64,000 bases of DNA from Octopus bimaculoides (GCF_001194135.2 NC_068987.1:6899154-6963153); one strand, 5' to 3'; positions 14,329 to 30,480 are shown, counted from the first letter of the stretch. A program made the numbers and translations. The notes: a model not told the origin generated them from the sequence alone.

Positions 14329-17147
14329 CATACACACACATACAGACACACACATACAGACACACACATACAGACACACACATACATGCATATATTACGA
14401 GACGAAATAACCAAAGGGAATCATTAAAGTATATGCACACATTTATAATCGGTGTACAATCGAAAAACGTATTCTTCATAGTGATATGACTCCTACACGA
14501 TAAGCGTGTATATATAGAATGTAAAACGGATTTCCTTTTATAATCATCTAATGAATATGAGTTAATACAAGTAAATATATATACAGTTATGTGTTTTTGT
14601 GTGTCTTAAAACGAAGTTAAAATTTTTCATAATTTAGCCCCCAAACAATATTTCGGATTTACAGATGAATTATTGATTATAAACTTCGAAATATGTAGAA
14701 AATTGAAATACTTACCGAAAAGGAAAAATACAAGCGCTGTTTCAAGAATGAACACATGGGCAGAAATTATATTTTTTAAAGTTATAATTGCAACACTTGT
14801 AAATATCATATTTAAAAAGGTTTTTTTTTCTAATTACAATGTAATCTATAGTTACAATACATGTTCTATTTATTGGCTTTTACGGAAAGAATAAAGTAAC
14901 ATTTAAATTAATAATATTTCTAGTCGAAACATATCTTTTTATATCGTGATATTCAGTATCATGTAAGCCATGTGTATCAACATCGTATGAGCCATGTATA
15001 TGACAATCTAATTACTTTATTTCAGTCATACTGCTGGGAGTCATACTGCTAGGGGTCATATTGCTGTTTGATTCACAATGCTATGAATCAAACATATCAT
15101 ATTTTCATCTTCGAATAGACTAGTTTTAACCCCTCATTTATAATACCATGTTGGTTGTGAAATAATTTATATTTTCCGTGTTAATCCGAAAAATCTAAAT
15201 TATTGATTGATTGTGAAGGTATTTTATTTAGTCTTTATTGGCTGCGAATTTCCTTCTGGCATAATTTCATTATCAAGTGTTATATCAATTTATAATACGT
15301 ATTACAATAAGGAATTATTTTTTTCATAAAAGCAATCAATAATGTCATTTACTTATAACGATAATCTATAAACCTTGTAATACGCAAAAACATTCAAGAA
15401 TTAAGTTCAACAAAATTCAAATGTTTTAGGATAGTTGTCATAACAATTAACACTTATTTGCTACACTACAGATAAGAATAAAGATTAGAAAACACTACTG
15501 ACAGAAAAATTACATCTTTAGGATAAGCTCTTTTGACTTAAATAATTTGTAATTCAACGATTGTAATAAAGATCATAACACAGAGGATTTCACTTTTTCT
15601 TCAGTTATAGGTCGATAAAGGAAGTGATGTCTATTCAATGTAATATACCGTTATCATATAATATAACATTTTGTCAATTGGAACGAGCAGGATACAGTTA
15701 TTTAGTGCGAGGTCACTCTATATAAAGAGTACCTGGATTGATACTCGCATTGAGGATATTCTTTTCATATATTTTGCTTCTATCAGTCATACAGATAAAT
15801 TTTAAATTAATTTATGAAGGAACATTAATAAAATAATGTTTATCTAATTAATAGTAGTGCAATATTACTCAACGAAAAATGCTGTAGAACTTTGCGGCAT
15901 CAATGAATGTTAGCAAATATTGTCATATTAGAAATAACATATGATTCTTATTTAATGAGAAAAGTTCCAAATGCTTGCTTGATGAATGAAAAGAGAAGGC
16001 TGGTTGAATAACCAAGAAAATAATTCTCCAAGATTATATCTAATAAACAACAAAAATTCCGTCATATGAGATGATTTCTATGCCTATCTTTAGGAAAAAA
16101 TTATATAAGCATCGAACTGGCAAATGAAGTAATAACATTTTTTTAATTAATTCTTTACTGGCCATGTGACTTTTATAAGGCTATTACTTACAACATAGGT
16201 TGAAGAGTCTTTTGCTATCATCTTTCGATACTAAGATCTCCTTCAGAAATGGAGATAATGGAAGAGATGATACTTTAAAAGATACACAGTTACGAAATCG
16301 ATAGTTATCATTTCTTTAGAATATATTAGCAATTATAGCAGTATCCTAAAGGCTTCCCATCAATTTTTCGTTCAGGCATTGTCATTTTTAGATGTGTGCT
16401 CCGGTAGCCTAAAGCTCAATGCATTCTTCCCCAAAAGATGATGCATCGAATTATATATTTAATATACAAAAATCAAATGCGAATAAGATCCTCTAAGAAT
16501 TATCAATAACATTCAATTCTTCTGAAATATATTTAACTCTGAAGAATTCTTCCAATTCATTCTAGCAATATCCATTTTCTTTCTCTATTAGAAGAATATG
16601 ACTAAAGTAATATAAAAATGACATCATGTATGCCCGTAGGGGCGCTGCCCGGTTATTAGTCAAACTCACGTTTCTTTTTTTTCAGAAACGTTATCTTTCG
16701 TATACATTGATATTGCTTAGCCGGCCACTGCCTGGTCATCTTATATCACTTGCTTAATCAATTCTTTGAATTTCAAGTTCATAATTTTGATTAGTCCTCA
16801 AGTCATTGAGTCTTCGATTATATTATCAATTTTCAGAAGATTTTAAATTGTATTTCCTTATTTTCTTTCAAACTTCATTTCTGCTCATAGTATATGTTGT
16901 GGAACCTATTACAGGGAAAGTCTTTAAGAGAAAGTCAAAGTCATGTTAGGCCTGTTTAAGTAATTGCTGTATATAAACATATGTGCGCGCGTGCGTGTAT
17001 TTGCATGTATATATGTTAAACATATAATATATATATACATACATGCATACATACATGCATACATACAAACATACTTATGTATTATATATTGGCACACAAA
17101 CACGCACACGAGCACATATACTATATATGCTGGAACCTAGCCGATAC

Positions 17148-17196
<49 letters not shown>

Positions 17197-17904
17197 TCGT
17201 ACATATGACCAAAGTGATGTTCCGCCGTATCTATACGACAATGTATTTACCATTGTGCTGTTTTGGAATTGAAACATTAAAATATCGAATTAGATAGCAT
17301 AACGGACTTGATCCATAGTTGCATTTATTTATAATTGCGTTTTTAGAGCATTATTTTGAAATAAAAGCATTTTTCAAAATGAAATTAAATTGGGAATAAA
17401 AGCAAAAAGAACAAACAGGGAATTTTTTCTTTTAACCTCTTCTTTGAGAATGGCAATAAACAGAACAATAAAGCTTAGCCATCATAACAAATTGTCAAAC
17501 CTTAAAACCTAAGATCGTTCGGCATTCATAAAATGATAAGCAATAAAAAATGAAAGAAGCGTTAAGACTAATAGCTGACAACTTGCCAAATGACTCACGC
17601 TACCTTATTTGAATTCTATCATTTTTAAAGTTATCACTGTAAAGTAAATAACAACATGCAATCAGCAGTAACGTATCCAATGGTATTTATAAACAAAAAT
17701 GATTATAGATAAAACAAATAGGATGGTGTAATAACAATACTACTTCTATTCTTTCTTCCTGATTAAGGTGCAATACGCATAGTAGAAGTGGGTAGATAAC
17801 GACCATCAACCTCAATACTTGTAGTAAAGTGCGGTATGAAATACCGCAAAGCATTTTATCAGATGTTCTTACGATTCTGTCTTCAAATTTTTGCACATAA
17901 TCAG

Positions 17905-18046
17905 CAGTTTTTTGGGGAGATGAGGAAGTCGATTACATTGACTAGTACATGACTGGTACGTCTTTAACCGACCCTCGGGACAATGAAAGGCAAAGTCGAC
18001 GTCATAACTCAGAACGCAAAGACGGTAGAACTGCCAGCTCGCTGCC
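17905..18046 (-). mobile_element. Internally deleted SINE copy
   Basis: GAAAGGCAAAGTCGAC core and CTGCCAGCTCGCTGCC head with the middle deleted. Confidence 0.75.
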
Positions 18047-20423
18047 TTAATAATAATAAGGGTTTCAAATTTCGACAGAAGAAAACCTACATATTTTCTT
18101 TGTCGGTGGGCAAGTTTGGCATCTGTTAGTAAACTCATCTCTTTGGCGGAAACGCGGTCCTGAGTCAAGAAAATACATAAATTGGGTGCTTGACTTACTG
18201 CTTTTTACAAGTATGGAAATGTAGTTGCTGGAAAATTCGCCTTAAAAATATATAGGGATCTGTTGGTGGGTAAGAGCAGTGATGTTCGCAGGGAAACTCT
18301 GGGGCGAACTAGTTGGTCTTTTCTGCTGGTGCCAACCTCATTCCCATCTATTAATATATTATTTATATAATCTTACGATCTCATTCGTTGGCATTTCATT
18401 ATCTCTTTTTCTACAATTACCCTCATGTTATCAACTTTTCCCTCTTCCTATTTTTCATTTTATATGTATATCCAAAACTATTTATGTATTTAAGAACTTG
18501 TTTTAAGTTCTAAAATTCACTATCAGAAAACAGCAACAATTCTGTAACGTGTTTAATTGAATATGGTACGTGATATCTCGATGCAACTGCATATATTTTT
18601 ATTGAATTATTTCCTTTCATACACCATAAAAAACATTGACAATGTTACTGCCAGAAGTTACTCAGAGAAAACACTCACATGAAGAACAGCTTGTTAGGTA
18701 GTGTTATAATATTTAATTCAAAAATTATCAAAACACCGTGATTCTCTTATTAGTGTTTTGTCAAATACAGTGAAGTTTGTACTTTGCTAAGATGCTTTGA
18801 TAAGATTGAAACATATACGAGTAAAAATGATCAATACTGAATTAACCATTGAAATAATATTATCTTTTTTCGTCGCATAAAGCGTACTTTTTCTCATGAT
18901 TTCTGCATTAAATACATTAACAAAGGTAACTTTTGAACACTTATCTAATGTGTGTTCAGTTTTACTGATGTGGAAGGATATCATATGTGTGCCAGGGGTA
19001 TGATTATTTGTAAACTTTATAGAGATATGCTTACGAATATATTTGTAAAGCTATTTGTGTTAAGTGTAGCGATTATTTTTTATGAATAAATCTCTTACAC
19101 GAGTTAAGGTGTGACAGTTCTTCTATAACGCGTTGTGGGCATGAGCCGTGTCATGTGATTTGATTATATATCTCACAATGTATAACCGTGTGGTGCGTAC
19201 ACTATTTCTCATAGTATTATTTTGTAGGTGGCAGATTCTTTACATTCTTCGTCGTGTAATTTGCACGTTATGTCTACCGTTTTTATACTAATCATATTAT
19301 ATAATTTCTTGATTATGACGTGGAGATTTTGAGAAGTGACTGCCGTTCGTCAATGCTTTTAGTTTTCCGAAAAAGTTTTTCACTAAACAGAAAGAAGTTA
19401 ATATTTTATCATCTAATTTATTTCATTTCACTCTTTCTCCTACTGCTATTCATAATGTTGCATCTGCTGTCACAAGTATTAAAGTTGTAGTGTTTTGTAG
19501 ACCATTCTTACGTCCCTCACGTACTCTGAGTTTAATCAGGGAGAAGTTATACGTTTGCTTATACATGGCTACATATACAGTGTTATATACACATGGTTAC
19601 ATCAATGACATAATTTACTATAGACAGTAGACTTCACATTGCTTTTCTCTTAAATTCCACAAAAATATTTAATTAAATTTGTGATTTTATTCGAAAATGG
19701 TTGCCTGAAATATTAACGTATGTAGTTATGAATATTTAAAGACTTATTTTCCTTGTGCAGGTGTAATTCTTATTAAGCGCTGTATTTTTTTCATATTTTC
19801 ACTGTATGACGTATGCATAACATGACATCTACTTCCTATACCACTTGAATCACATTTGCAGGAATGATTAATGCACATTAGTTTCACTCAAGGATCGAAT
19901 GACACACGCATCCATCTGATTGATCACTTGGCCACATTACCACATTCTAATCCATTCATTACTGCTTTATCTCATAGTCTATATTAATCCACTGAATTTG
20001 GATTAACATATTTGCTTTTTTTTTTGTCTCTGTATCTGCGAAGTCGATAACTGAACTCTGTATGCGACATTTGCCTATTCAGCTGTATGTTGTTTAGATA
20101 AAAGTGTTTCTATAAAGAACAGAAATCAAGTAAGATTCATAGCAAATAGAGAATTCAATAAACCTAGAGAAGCATAATAAATATAAAATCCCAACACGAA
20201 GGTTCTGAAAATTAAAGTCTGCAATACAATGTTGAACGTATACCTTAACCCTTATCATTATATGTTGTTCTAATTATTCTTCACCACACTCGGGTACGAA
20301 ACATGTCCATTTCTATCAGAGCCTTTGTGAAAAGAAACGAACTTTCAAAAACAAACTAAAGCTGCAAAGATCAGTTTAATTAGTAACTTAGGAAAATAAT
20401 TCGGTTGGAGTACCCATTGCTTC

Positions 20424-20592
<169 letters not shown>

Positions 20593-21992
20593 ACTAAGCA
20601 GTGTGTAATAAGTTGGTAACAATAGTGTTGTATAAGACTAAATAAAGTGAAACATTTGATTTTATAATTGACCTATCAGTATTAAGATCTCCCTTGAACA
20701 ATGAAATAGGAATTACCTTTTAGAGTTCTTTCAGACAGTTGTCGTTTTTGTCACAATGAATTATGGCTATTACCTATACAGAGAATGTACTGGCGTCATA
20801 GAAATAATAGACCACATCCACTTTACGCAAAGTTTATAGTAATTCTTTCCATTCTGATCGCAAAAATCTACCACGGCCGACCTTAGTCATTTTAGCATCA
20901 GCTGAAGTTTAAAAAAACGCCTGAAACTGATCAATGGAATCGCCAACAATTTATCGCATTTTGTCAATTTAAGTAACTAGTTTGATAGTTGTACTAATAG
21001 TCCTACTAAATAGTTTAGTTTTACTAATCATACTTGTAGTATTAGGCCTTCTAATATTCATTTATACTAATTTTACTTTTAAAATCATGGCTCAGGAAAA
21101 TCCCTTTTTCCATCAAGTTCAGCAAAACATAGGTGTAATTACTTGAAAGAGTTTTAATTTATAATTTACCACTTGTATATAAGAGTGTGTAGTTACCGAT
21201 ACGGATACACTCATATTTTCACATTCCACTCATATAAAATAAACATTATATAACACCGGCACATTTCCCTGGAAAGACTTTATAAAATCTTGGACAATTT
21301 CAAATTAAATGTGTATCCAAGAAGTTTATATCTCTTCTTTCAGTCGTTTGAGATTTTTCTAAAACAATTGTTTTAATGAAAACTAAATGGAAAGAATAAC
21401 AGTTATTGATTAGCTCGTTCTGTTAATTCCATTTATGAGAAATGTATATTATGTGTTTACCTTTCGGCTATCATATATTTACTTCTGATAATATGAAAAT
21501 GTAGTCTAAAATTCATACTTATGAAGGAAAATAGGATTTTCGAATTTGTTTTTTTAGAAACAGTACATTTAAAATATGTCAAAAGTTGACTATTTATGAA
21601 GCTGTTTTATGCTATGCTCTGTAACACATTTTATGTAATATAATTTTGTTTTAAGATATATGACAGCACAAGTAAGATTCACGATTAAATAATATTATTA
21701 CTAATCCAAAACTAAAATTTAATCACGTTTTTTCAAAATGATAAAAATAAGAAATGTGATTTTCACACTTGTAGTATCAATTTGCTGATTTTTTCAGTAA
21801 CTACTAACACATAAATGCAATTTTCTTACACCGATAATATTTCAAATGTGATTTGACTGTGTGTGATATGAATAAATACTGTTAGTTTTAAATCGTACGT
21901 TTTATCCCTGCTATTCATTTACTAATCAGTTTCTGCTTTGTTCATTTTTTTTAATGTTTTACTTCATCCCAACAAAACTACAATATCTACAG

Positions 21993-22114
21993 GCGTTGGT
22001 AGCTGAGACTTTGATATTAGCGAAAACCCATGGCTACGCGGATAAGATTGAAAATGAGTTGGAAGAAGAATTGCGTCGTGACAGTAAGGGGCCCCCAAAA
22101 GAAATTTCGGCGAG
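21993..22114 (+). CDS. Hv3: Hv-family proton channel (Hv3-like), first identified coding exon (cytoplasmic N-terminus)
   Basis: Acceptor tctacag|GCG, donor CGAG|gtaagt. 122 nt, open throughout (ALVAETLILAKTHGYADKIENELEEELRRDSKGPPKEISA-R). Ends in phase 2, matching the next exon. No Met, so an upstream exon is required. Confidence 0.85.
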
Positions 22115-23099
22115 GTAAGTGTTCATTTAGGCATAATTAGCATTTTATGTGGTATTAGTTTCAAATGAACATCGAATATAAAGGGACTCTTTGCAGGTAG
22201 CATGAATTTGCTAATGTGGAAAATATCTACTATATCAATGCAGAATAATTGTTGGCTTAAAAAAAATATTTTAATGCAAACTGGTATTTGAAACTCCAAG
22301 AGTAAATTGCGTTTATAAATCAGATGATTTCTGACACGAATTTAGAAACGATAACCTTCTTCGTTTCGGGAAGGGAAACCGTTAATGGATTCTTCATTTC
22401 CCTTTCTCTTGCATTTTTAATAATAGGAGAACCCTGTTTTTATTGATATATGATTTATATAAAAACACACATAATAGGTACGAGATAATAGGTACGAGTG
22501 ATAGACATAAAGGTAAAATAAATGAAATATAGAAGGACAAAAAGAAGAAAGTGTAAAAAATGCTTTAGTTAGAGCAATAATATCAGGTGCCTGCCTGTAT
22601 ATTTGGCTCTAACTGGGTGATGCTGGTGTTTCCCAAGTTTCAAAGTGGGTACGTTTCAATATGTCTGCATTTTGTTATTATCTATGATGTAAAGTATGTA
22701 TGCGATATTGTTTCCGTAGTCCACGAGAGATACTTCTTTTATTTTTCTCTATTGTATAAAGATCATAACTTTCATTCCAAACCTTACGAAATTGCAATTA
22801 TGTTATATATTACCTTGGCATACACATCATGCTTAATCGAAGGAGAGATGCCTGACAACAATTATGGACGAGTTATTCACCTTGACGGTGAATAATGTGC
22901 ATCTTTGTATCATGTACAATTCGGTATTTCTTATAATAATTATCAAGTATGGCACTAAATATAAATATAAATATATATATAAGTTAGTTTAAATAAATAT
23001 GTAATGTACATATATAAATTCATACGTAGTTACACGTATGCATACATACACATAGACAGACAGACACAGGCGAACAAATAGACATATGTTTGTGAAAGG

Positions 23100-23139
<40 letters not shown>

Positions 23140-24614
23140 AAATACATGTGATTGTGTGTTTATATGTGTTTGTGTGTGTTAATGTTTTTATATGCATACA
23201 AATACACGCACACAAAATTGTTTTCCGGTAATAACAGTTTTCTCCGAACTCATGGATTATTTTCCTCCTTACATCTAAGAAAGAGAATCTTTTCCAAACC
23301 GTTATGGGCTATAAAATACCCATGGAAGAAAATGCCTTAAGATACCTATGGAAGACAAGAAAACATCTCTTAATTTCAATTTATTTGCATAAATTTAACT
23401 AATTTTCATTTTTGCACAACCTCTCACCTGCTTTGATAGAATGTTTCTTTCAAATATATATTTTCACATAGCAATGGTTTCAGCAAACCGAAATATCCTT
23501 ATGTAATATATATATATATATATATATATATAGATGTATGTGTGTGTGTGTGTGTGTTTGTGTGTATTCATATGGATGATTTTATAAAGACACATACTAT
23601 GTTAAACTATGTTTTTCGTGTAGTATAACGATTTCGAACAATGAAATGTTCCTAATTGATGAACAAAGTACGTAGTGAAACTTAATGCATTACACTATAT
23701 TCCTTTCACCATGCCGTTCTTTAGAGGTCTCAGCTTCATTTTTCTACGTCTTCGCCTGAGAAAGTGCTTTCACCTGAGTAGAATCGAATACCGTTTTATT
23801 ACTAGAAGTGACGTTTTCTATCTTAAACAATTTTCTTTTGATAATCCCAGAAGTATCACGTAAGAAAAATATGTAGACAAATGTCTAAAATATGTCGACA
23901 GATGTATTCTCTATAATGAAAAGTTTATAAACGTCTGTGGTCATAAGCCTATGTACGTGTGAGTTTCTTTTACCGTGTTTACTATTCTATACTAAGCCTG
24001 TCAGAGTTTAGTGATAACGAGGAGACGGAAGAGGATATGTATTGATTGATACATTAATCTAATTAAGTAGTAAAAGGAAGGAAATCGATAAAAACTCTTC
24101 AGAGTTACTTTGGTTTGTTGTGAACAATAGAATTCAAATTCGTCTTGCGTGTTTATCATATCAATCACCACTAATACATCTAATTGCTATGCTCAAGAGA
24201 TGATTCTTTAGTGGTACCTAAATACCGTTGCGTATAATTTTCCATAAATAATTTCATTTACAAATATATGTATAAACCATGCAGGCAGTTGGTCTGTATT
24301 TTATTGTTCAAATATGACTATTTACATTTTAGTGTCATCTATTTTAGCTATATCCATTTATCAAATTTAAAACCTAAAATATTACTTATGACTACTTTTA
24401 GCAATTCAAGTTTTATTTTAGTTAAATATCTTTATCGTATCGAAATATCTATATATCCCACTTCGTGTAAATGTGTTATTATTATTCCAATGAAATCATA
24501 TTGTGTCCGAGAGGCGTTCTTCTTAAACGTCATAAAATAACTTATAAACAGATGCTTACATTGTTTTTGCCGCCTTTTAAAATTAAACCATACTTTATTA
24601 TTTGTAACAGTAAG

Positions 24615-24823
24615 GCGGTGAGCTGGAAGAGTAGTTAGTGCGCCGGACAAAATGTTTTAGCGGAATTTCGCACATGCTTATGTTCTGGGAGCAAGTCCTG
24701 CTGGGGTCCACCTATCCTTTCGGGGGTCGATTAAAATAAGTACCAGTCGAGTAATGGAGCCAATGTTTTCGAATTACCCCCCACCTACGAACGTGTTGGG
24801 TTTGAGACAAAATTTAAAATCAA
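24615..24823 (+). mobile_element. Diverged SINE copy
   Basis: GGCGGTGAGCTGG head and ATCCTTTCGGGGGTCGATTAAAATAAGTACCAG core. Confidence 0.75.
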
Positions 24824-26333
24824 TATTTAATAATAACCTGTATATTGCAAAACTACTTTGGAATTCCTTGTATTTTTATTTGTATTGACTCGACTCTTAC
24901 TGCAGAGTCATCGTCCAGCTCCTCCCCTTCTTGTTTTATTGATAATGTTTACTATGCATTATGAAGAAAGAATATTGCAAACTATGCAATTCGTTCACTA
25001 CACACATATAGTATTCATTTAATCTATGTATTTCACTGTCTCTTGTCTTGGCAGCAGCACTTTTAGTCATGATATGTATCTCGACAAATCGTGTGATAAC
25101 TACCTACGCGTAATATGTAACAGCTAGCAGATTACTAACGTATAAATAGCAGCTGGATTTTATTTGAGTCCTCCAGTCATAGAAGAATGTAATGTTGTGT
25201 TATTCGTTGTCTGTACTGTTTCTGTTAGTACAAACGTTCGATAATTATGTATTATCAAATTCTGTTTGCGTTTTAAACATTAATATAAATTTAATATTCT
25301 GTAAATCTATTCTGTCTTAATTCTATATTGATTTTATGTGTTGTGGTTAACATGAGATATTTATTATATTGCTTCATTGTCTGTTGAAATCAGTTCATCT
25401 GCATGTTGAGGCCATATATATCCGCTGAAGTCTTAAATGTCTAAATTGACTTGTATCTCAGATTAAAGGTAACCTTATCCTCAACATATAGTTCACATAT
25501 GAAATTTTTGCTTGTATATCTGAAAAGTAAATTCATATCAATAACAAACACCACAGTAGAATATAAAACTAAGAAATTGATAAAAGAGTTTTAATATTAC
25601 TGCATCATATAGACACATTAAAACATAATAGTAGAATAAAAAATTGATAATTTAGTGACGAACTCCATCATATGTGAGCTGTTATGTCATAATAACGGAA
25701 GGCCCTATATATAACTGAGAAGACCATAGCAATACTTAATCTGAAGCTGCAAGATATATTATTTGTAAACCTGTTATTTAAAGCTCGAGTCAACAAACTT
25801 TTATCAGAGAAGCTTTTATATCTTGGAGGTGCAGTGATGTTTTTAAGCGACAAATCGAATACAGTCATGACACCACTACTTCAAATATATAATAAAAGTT
25901 TACATTACCGATGTAAATGTGTAAATTTCTAATATTTTGGATGGAGTGCATTTCCTATATGAAGTTGTTTCCAGTCGAGTTATTTGTCACTGTGTCTACT
26001 CTTTCTCACTAGCTTGGAGTTCTTTTCTTTACACGAATTCATTTTTAGCGAAGCTTTTGAATGAACAAATTGTATTTCAACTATACTTTCTGTTTGGTTG
26101 ATGTTATTGCATAAAAGTAAAACTTTTATAAAAGTAAAAGATTTAGCGGAAGATGTTAACAGTAGTGCAAGGACCAAGGACTCATAATTGATTGCAAAGC
26201 AAAAAGCATTTTCATCATGTGCACAAGGCTGCATCATTCTTCAAAACATCTCTACATCATACACGGACGCTAGCACAAAACGCATTTACACATATCCACA
26301 CACACGTGCGCGCGCACACACATACTCACACAC

Positions 26334-26385
<52 letters not shown>

Positions 26386-29300
26386 GTGTGTTTAAGTGCA
26401 GTAACGTTTGGTTAAATGTGCGCACATATATATATGAATACACACATATAAATAATGTAAGTAATTTGAAAATTCATAATATCAGTTCTCTTCTTTCTAA
26501 TATTTATTTCTAATATTCATTTTTAAGAACGACTATTTGATTTCAAAGGAAAAATGTCAGTATTATCCAACAGCATTATTCAAGTTATATCAGACAATGT
26601 AATCGCTATTAATTTTGTAGAATTTGTTCCTGGACAATAATTCGGTTTCACTATTTTTTTGCGATAATGATAGTTGGTGAACTAAGTATTTGTGCATCTG
26701 ATCACCATTCTTTTGTTGAAGTTTAAATTTTTGCTTTCTTTTTTGTCGCAGTTTTGAAATTTATTTTGTCTCCTCACGTTCCTGTTACTTACGACTGCAG
26801 ATACATCTGTTTTGATCTTGTTTTTCACCCGCAGTTACAATATTACTATTCCTCCTAGATATCGAAATAAACTTTTCAAAGGCTGCAACATAAGTGTCGT
26901 GGAGGACTTTCAGCATGATCTTTGAGAGTATTTTCTGCATTCCGCTATCAAGACCATGGTGAGAGTCTGCCGCAACAGTATTTTCAACTGTTTGTCACCC
27001 AGCTCCATGCAAAGAAAAACAGAGTTGTCCCTAGATAAGCTAGTAATTTCTTGGTTATGTGTACATTGAACAATACAACGATTTTTTCGATGTGGTGAAG
27101 TTTCCGCAATTCAACCATTGCATGGATACTGGAATTGAGTTGTATGTGTATAAAGACATGCGTATATATGTATGTATATATGTGCACATGACAATAAGAT
27201 TTTGTATGATTCCTAATATGAAGTAACTCTAATAATTAATATGTGCGCGCGCATTTGGTGTATGCATTCTTTGTGCTTTGTGTACATAGCAATGTTTTTG
27301 TAGTGTACAAGTATCTGATCATCATGCCTTATTCCAGGAAACGTCTAATCATATTAAATCATGTGTTCATTCGCTTATTGAAACAGAAACAGATTTGGTT
27401 AGCACCCACCGCGCAAAGATTATCTCAGGATAACTTGGATGAAACTGTGAAGTCACTAGAATTGCAATATATGCGAAGTCACCTGAAAAAGAATATTGCG
27501 CAACTATTGTCCTCGTTTTTTTAGGAATATCTTTCCTGCGCTCGGAAAATTACTGGGGCTGAGATCGATTTGGGCGTTTTGTATGCGGAATATTGCCAAG
27601 CGTTCACTAAACTTAATCAGCTGGCCAACGTGACTGTTGGAGCATAAAATCTGACATTCTGTAGTGGAGTATATGAATGACAATAACCAGACAACAGATC
27701 AATGCATCGGATGAAAGTTTAACACTTCAGCAGGACATTCATGGGCAACGCTATGAAGAATTCAGTTTCAAAAAGACACATTAAGTCTGTGATGTGGGGG
27801 ATGTAGACAAATAGACGGGTAGCGGTTGACGACAGTCAATTCTATCCAAGCTGAATGTATCACGAACCCATTCGCCGTACACATGCTTTGTGTCGGTTCA
27901 GTGAAAAAAAATCTATGGAATTATATCTTACAATTGGTGTCACATGTGGTGTGTATTGGATTATCCAGCAAGTGTATCTCGACGATGACTCATCACTTTC
28001 CTTAGTAGAGAAAAACTCGTCAGTCTTTCTCTCTGGCAAGAGAAGATGGCGAACAAAAATGGGTGATGAAAGCCGTAAAATCACTGAGAGTAGACATTTA
28101 TCTCTCAACTCAATAACTCACCAGTTTCCTGAAATATTACTTGAACGTAAATATTATGTTGGAGAATGCGAAAATCCTACAATAACTATGTGGCTGCGGG
28201 CTGGCTGTGAGAATTCTCAGCTAACACTTTCTTTTGGTGTGTCAATTTATTCTTGAATTTTATGTGGATAACCTCATTTCGGGAATACATTCTAATTATT
28301 ATCTTGTTAATTGTCCTTTATTATTATTATTGTTTATAATTCTCATTTTTATTTACTCATATTACTGAATTCGCCATTTTTCTCAGTATATATTCTTCAC
28401 TGTCTTTACCTTTTGTATTTGTACTATCCCCAATAATAAATAATTGGTATCATTTTCCCATATCGTGTGCCTTCAGAGCACTGCTGAGCGCATGCGGTGT
28501 TTCGTTTTGGATTTGTAGTAAGTGTGCAATGTAAATGGTTACTGTTACTCTGTGTTGTGTATAAATCCTGGTGTTTTGCTTATGTACTTTGCATGCTTTC
28601 ATTATTTCCCAAAGCATGATTGTTTTTGTTGTCACATCTCTTCATTTTGGTTATCTCTATCTCCAGATCTTTCGATAATTCTTCCATTCCATTTACAGAT
28701 ACATCGTCATCTGTTGGTACTGATGCTTTCAGACTCCTTTACTTCTGGGCCTAACAAACGACGGCCTTAATAATACTGTGTGTGTGAATTGACATATTTC
28801 CGATTATAGTCGTTTTGTAATTCTCTTCGGCAACTTCTGGTGTACAATAATACATCCTTTTTTCTCACAGTATTCAATAATGTAATCACCAACGCTTTCA
28901 TGCCTGCAAACATATTCTGGTAAATTTGAGTAGGCAGACAAAATGAACTAATTGTTTCTTTCCTGTTTGCTCGTCATTCACTTAATTCATTTTGCTTTAT
29001 TAAATGCTTGTGGTAAATTTCTACTGGGGAAGATTTGAAGGTGTGTCACAATTAAGAACACTTTAATGTCATCTTTAGGTCCTGCTCTTCACAAATGCTG
29101 CGATTTATTTTTGTCTTATTCCGTCCTGTCCGCTGATCTGGATTTGGCTGTCAGCAGCACATTTTACAGTAGTTTTTAACCGTTTCGATTTGCTAATTTT
29201 GATCTCCTTTCAATCGCATTTGGATGTTTTTAAGCAACTATTTTATATTTGTTCATTTCTTTGAAGGCAAAGGAAAGTTTTTTTATAGCAGTTAGTTCTC

Positions 29301-30049
29301 CATGATTTGTATTAGTTTTCCTCGATTCTTCACAACATATTTTGTAGTTCTACACTGAATATTTCTTAATAGTTTTCCAGTTAGATAAGGCTCCCACCTA
29401 CTTGCAATCAATGTAAATATAATCTTTTGCATCATATTTTCAGTAATGTATTCTAAATGCAGTTAGTTTTTAAACGAGTTTTTTTTACGAAATTTCTCAA
29501 ATGCAAATATACCTATAAATGATAGTCCTAGATATATCGGATAAAAGACCTATGGACAGAAAATAGTGATGGGGACACCATCAGAATTGACGTCACACAA
29601 CTGCCTAACATCGGACGGCTGTTATTCCCATTACATTAGAAGAACCTTTCTAACTGAGCCATAAAATTTATAATGGATCATATTTTGGACAATACCTCTG
29701 AATCAAAAACACTTTCTTGAAATCCTTGAATTATACATTTCAAATATCATCTGAGGTAAAAAATATCTGGTAAAGTGAGTTTATGCGATCTTTGTACGAG
29801 GAAACCTTTCTTTTTCGCAAAATTGGCTCTCTTAATCTCGTACACAATAATGAGCTATACATTTTACAGATATAGGTGACGCTACAAAGAATCACCATAC
29901 GACAACAGAAATTGTCCAGGAACATGATTAACCAATTCTAAACAGAGGGTTTTTCCAGAATACATTCGTCATATTGATTCAACATATTTGCAAATGATTT
30001 TCATCATAAATTAGTTTCCAAATTGATTGATCTTGCTAAAAATTAATGT

Positions 30050-30480
30050 ATATTTCAATTAGTCTGTTATCACATGGAGACAACTGATTTACATAAAAAG
30101 GGTTCCACATAATATCTCCCATAATTTGTACATTAATGAATTCCACATTATTATGTCAACAACTCCAATCTTCACCGTCGAGAAAGAAACCGGTTTTAAT
30201 TCAAATATTTTATATCATGATACTGTTTCAACTGGTCCTTGAAATTTCACCTTGTGACTATAGTATTCCTCGATAAATTATGCTATTAATTTTTTAAAAC
30301 AAATCCACAATGAAATGATTAAAGCGTTATTGCACACTTGCTGTGAAGTGCGTCACAAAGTATCAAAGGAATACTTAACCATATAAATATCTGACCAGTC
30401 GTTGCATCTGCTTTTCAAACATTCTGCAGTCGTTATTTTCCTGATTGGGTTAAAGTTATATTTTAAGTGTGATGTATTTT
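30050..30480 (-). mobile_element. Decayed piggyBac-like transposase remnant
   Basis: Minus-strand FNPIRKITTAECL..SRC....YM.KY resembles the piggyBac YTPG..LTIDEQL..RGRC..MY...KYG region; LCGTL resembles VGTV/CGT. Heavily interrupted. Confidence 0.4.

Noticed and set aside
18642-18697. ATG exon candidate MLLPEVTQRKHSHEEQLV
   Set aside because: Donor AG|gtagtg is phase 2, incompatible with the phase-0 acceptor at 21993.
27855-28256. 133-aa ORF in the large intron
   Set aside because: No recognisable domain or convincing splice sites; lies in decayed repeat-like sequence.
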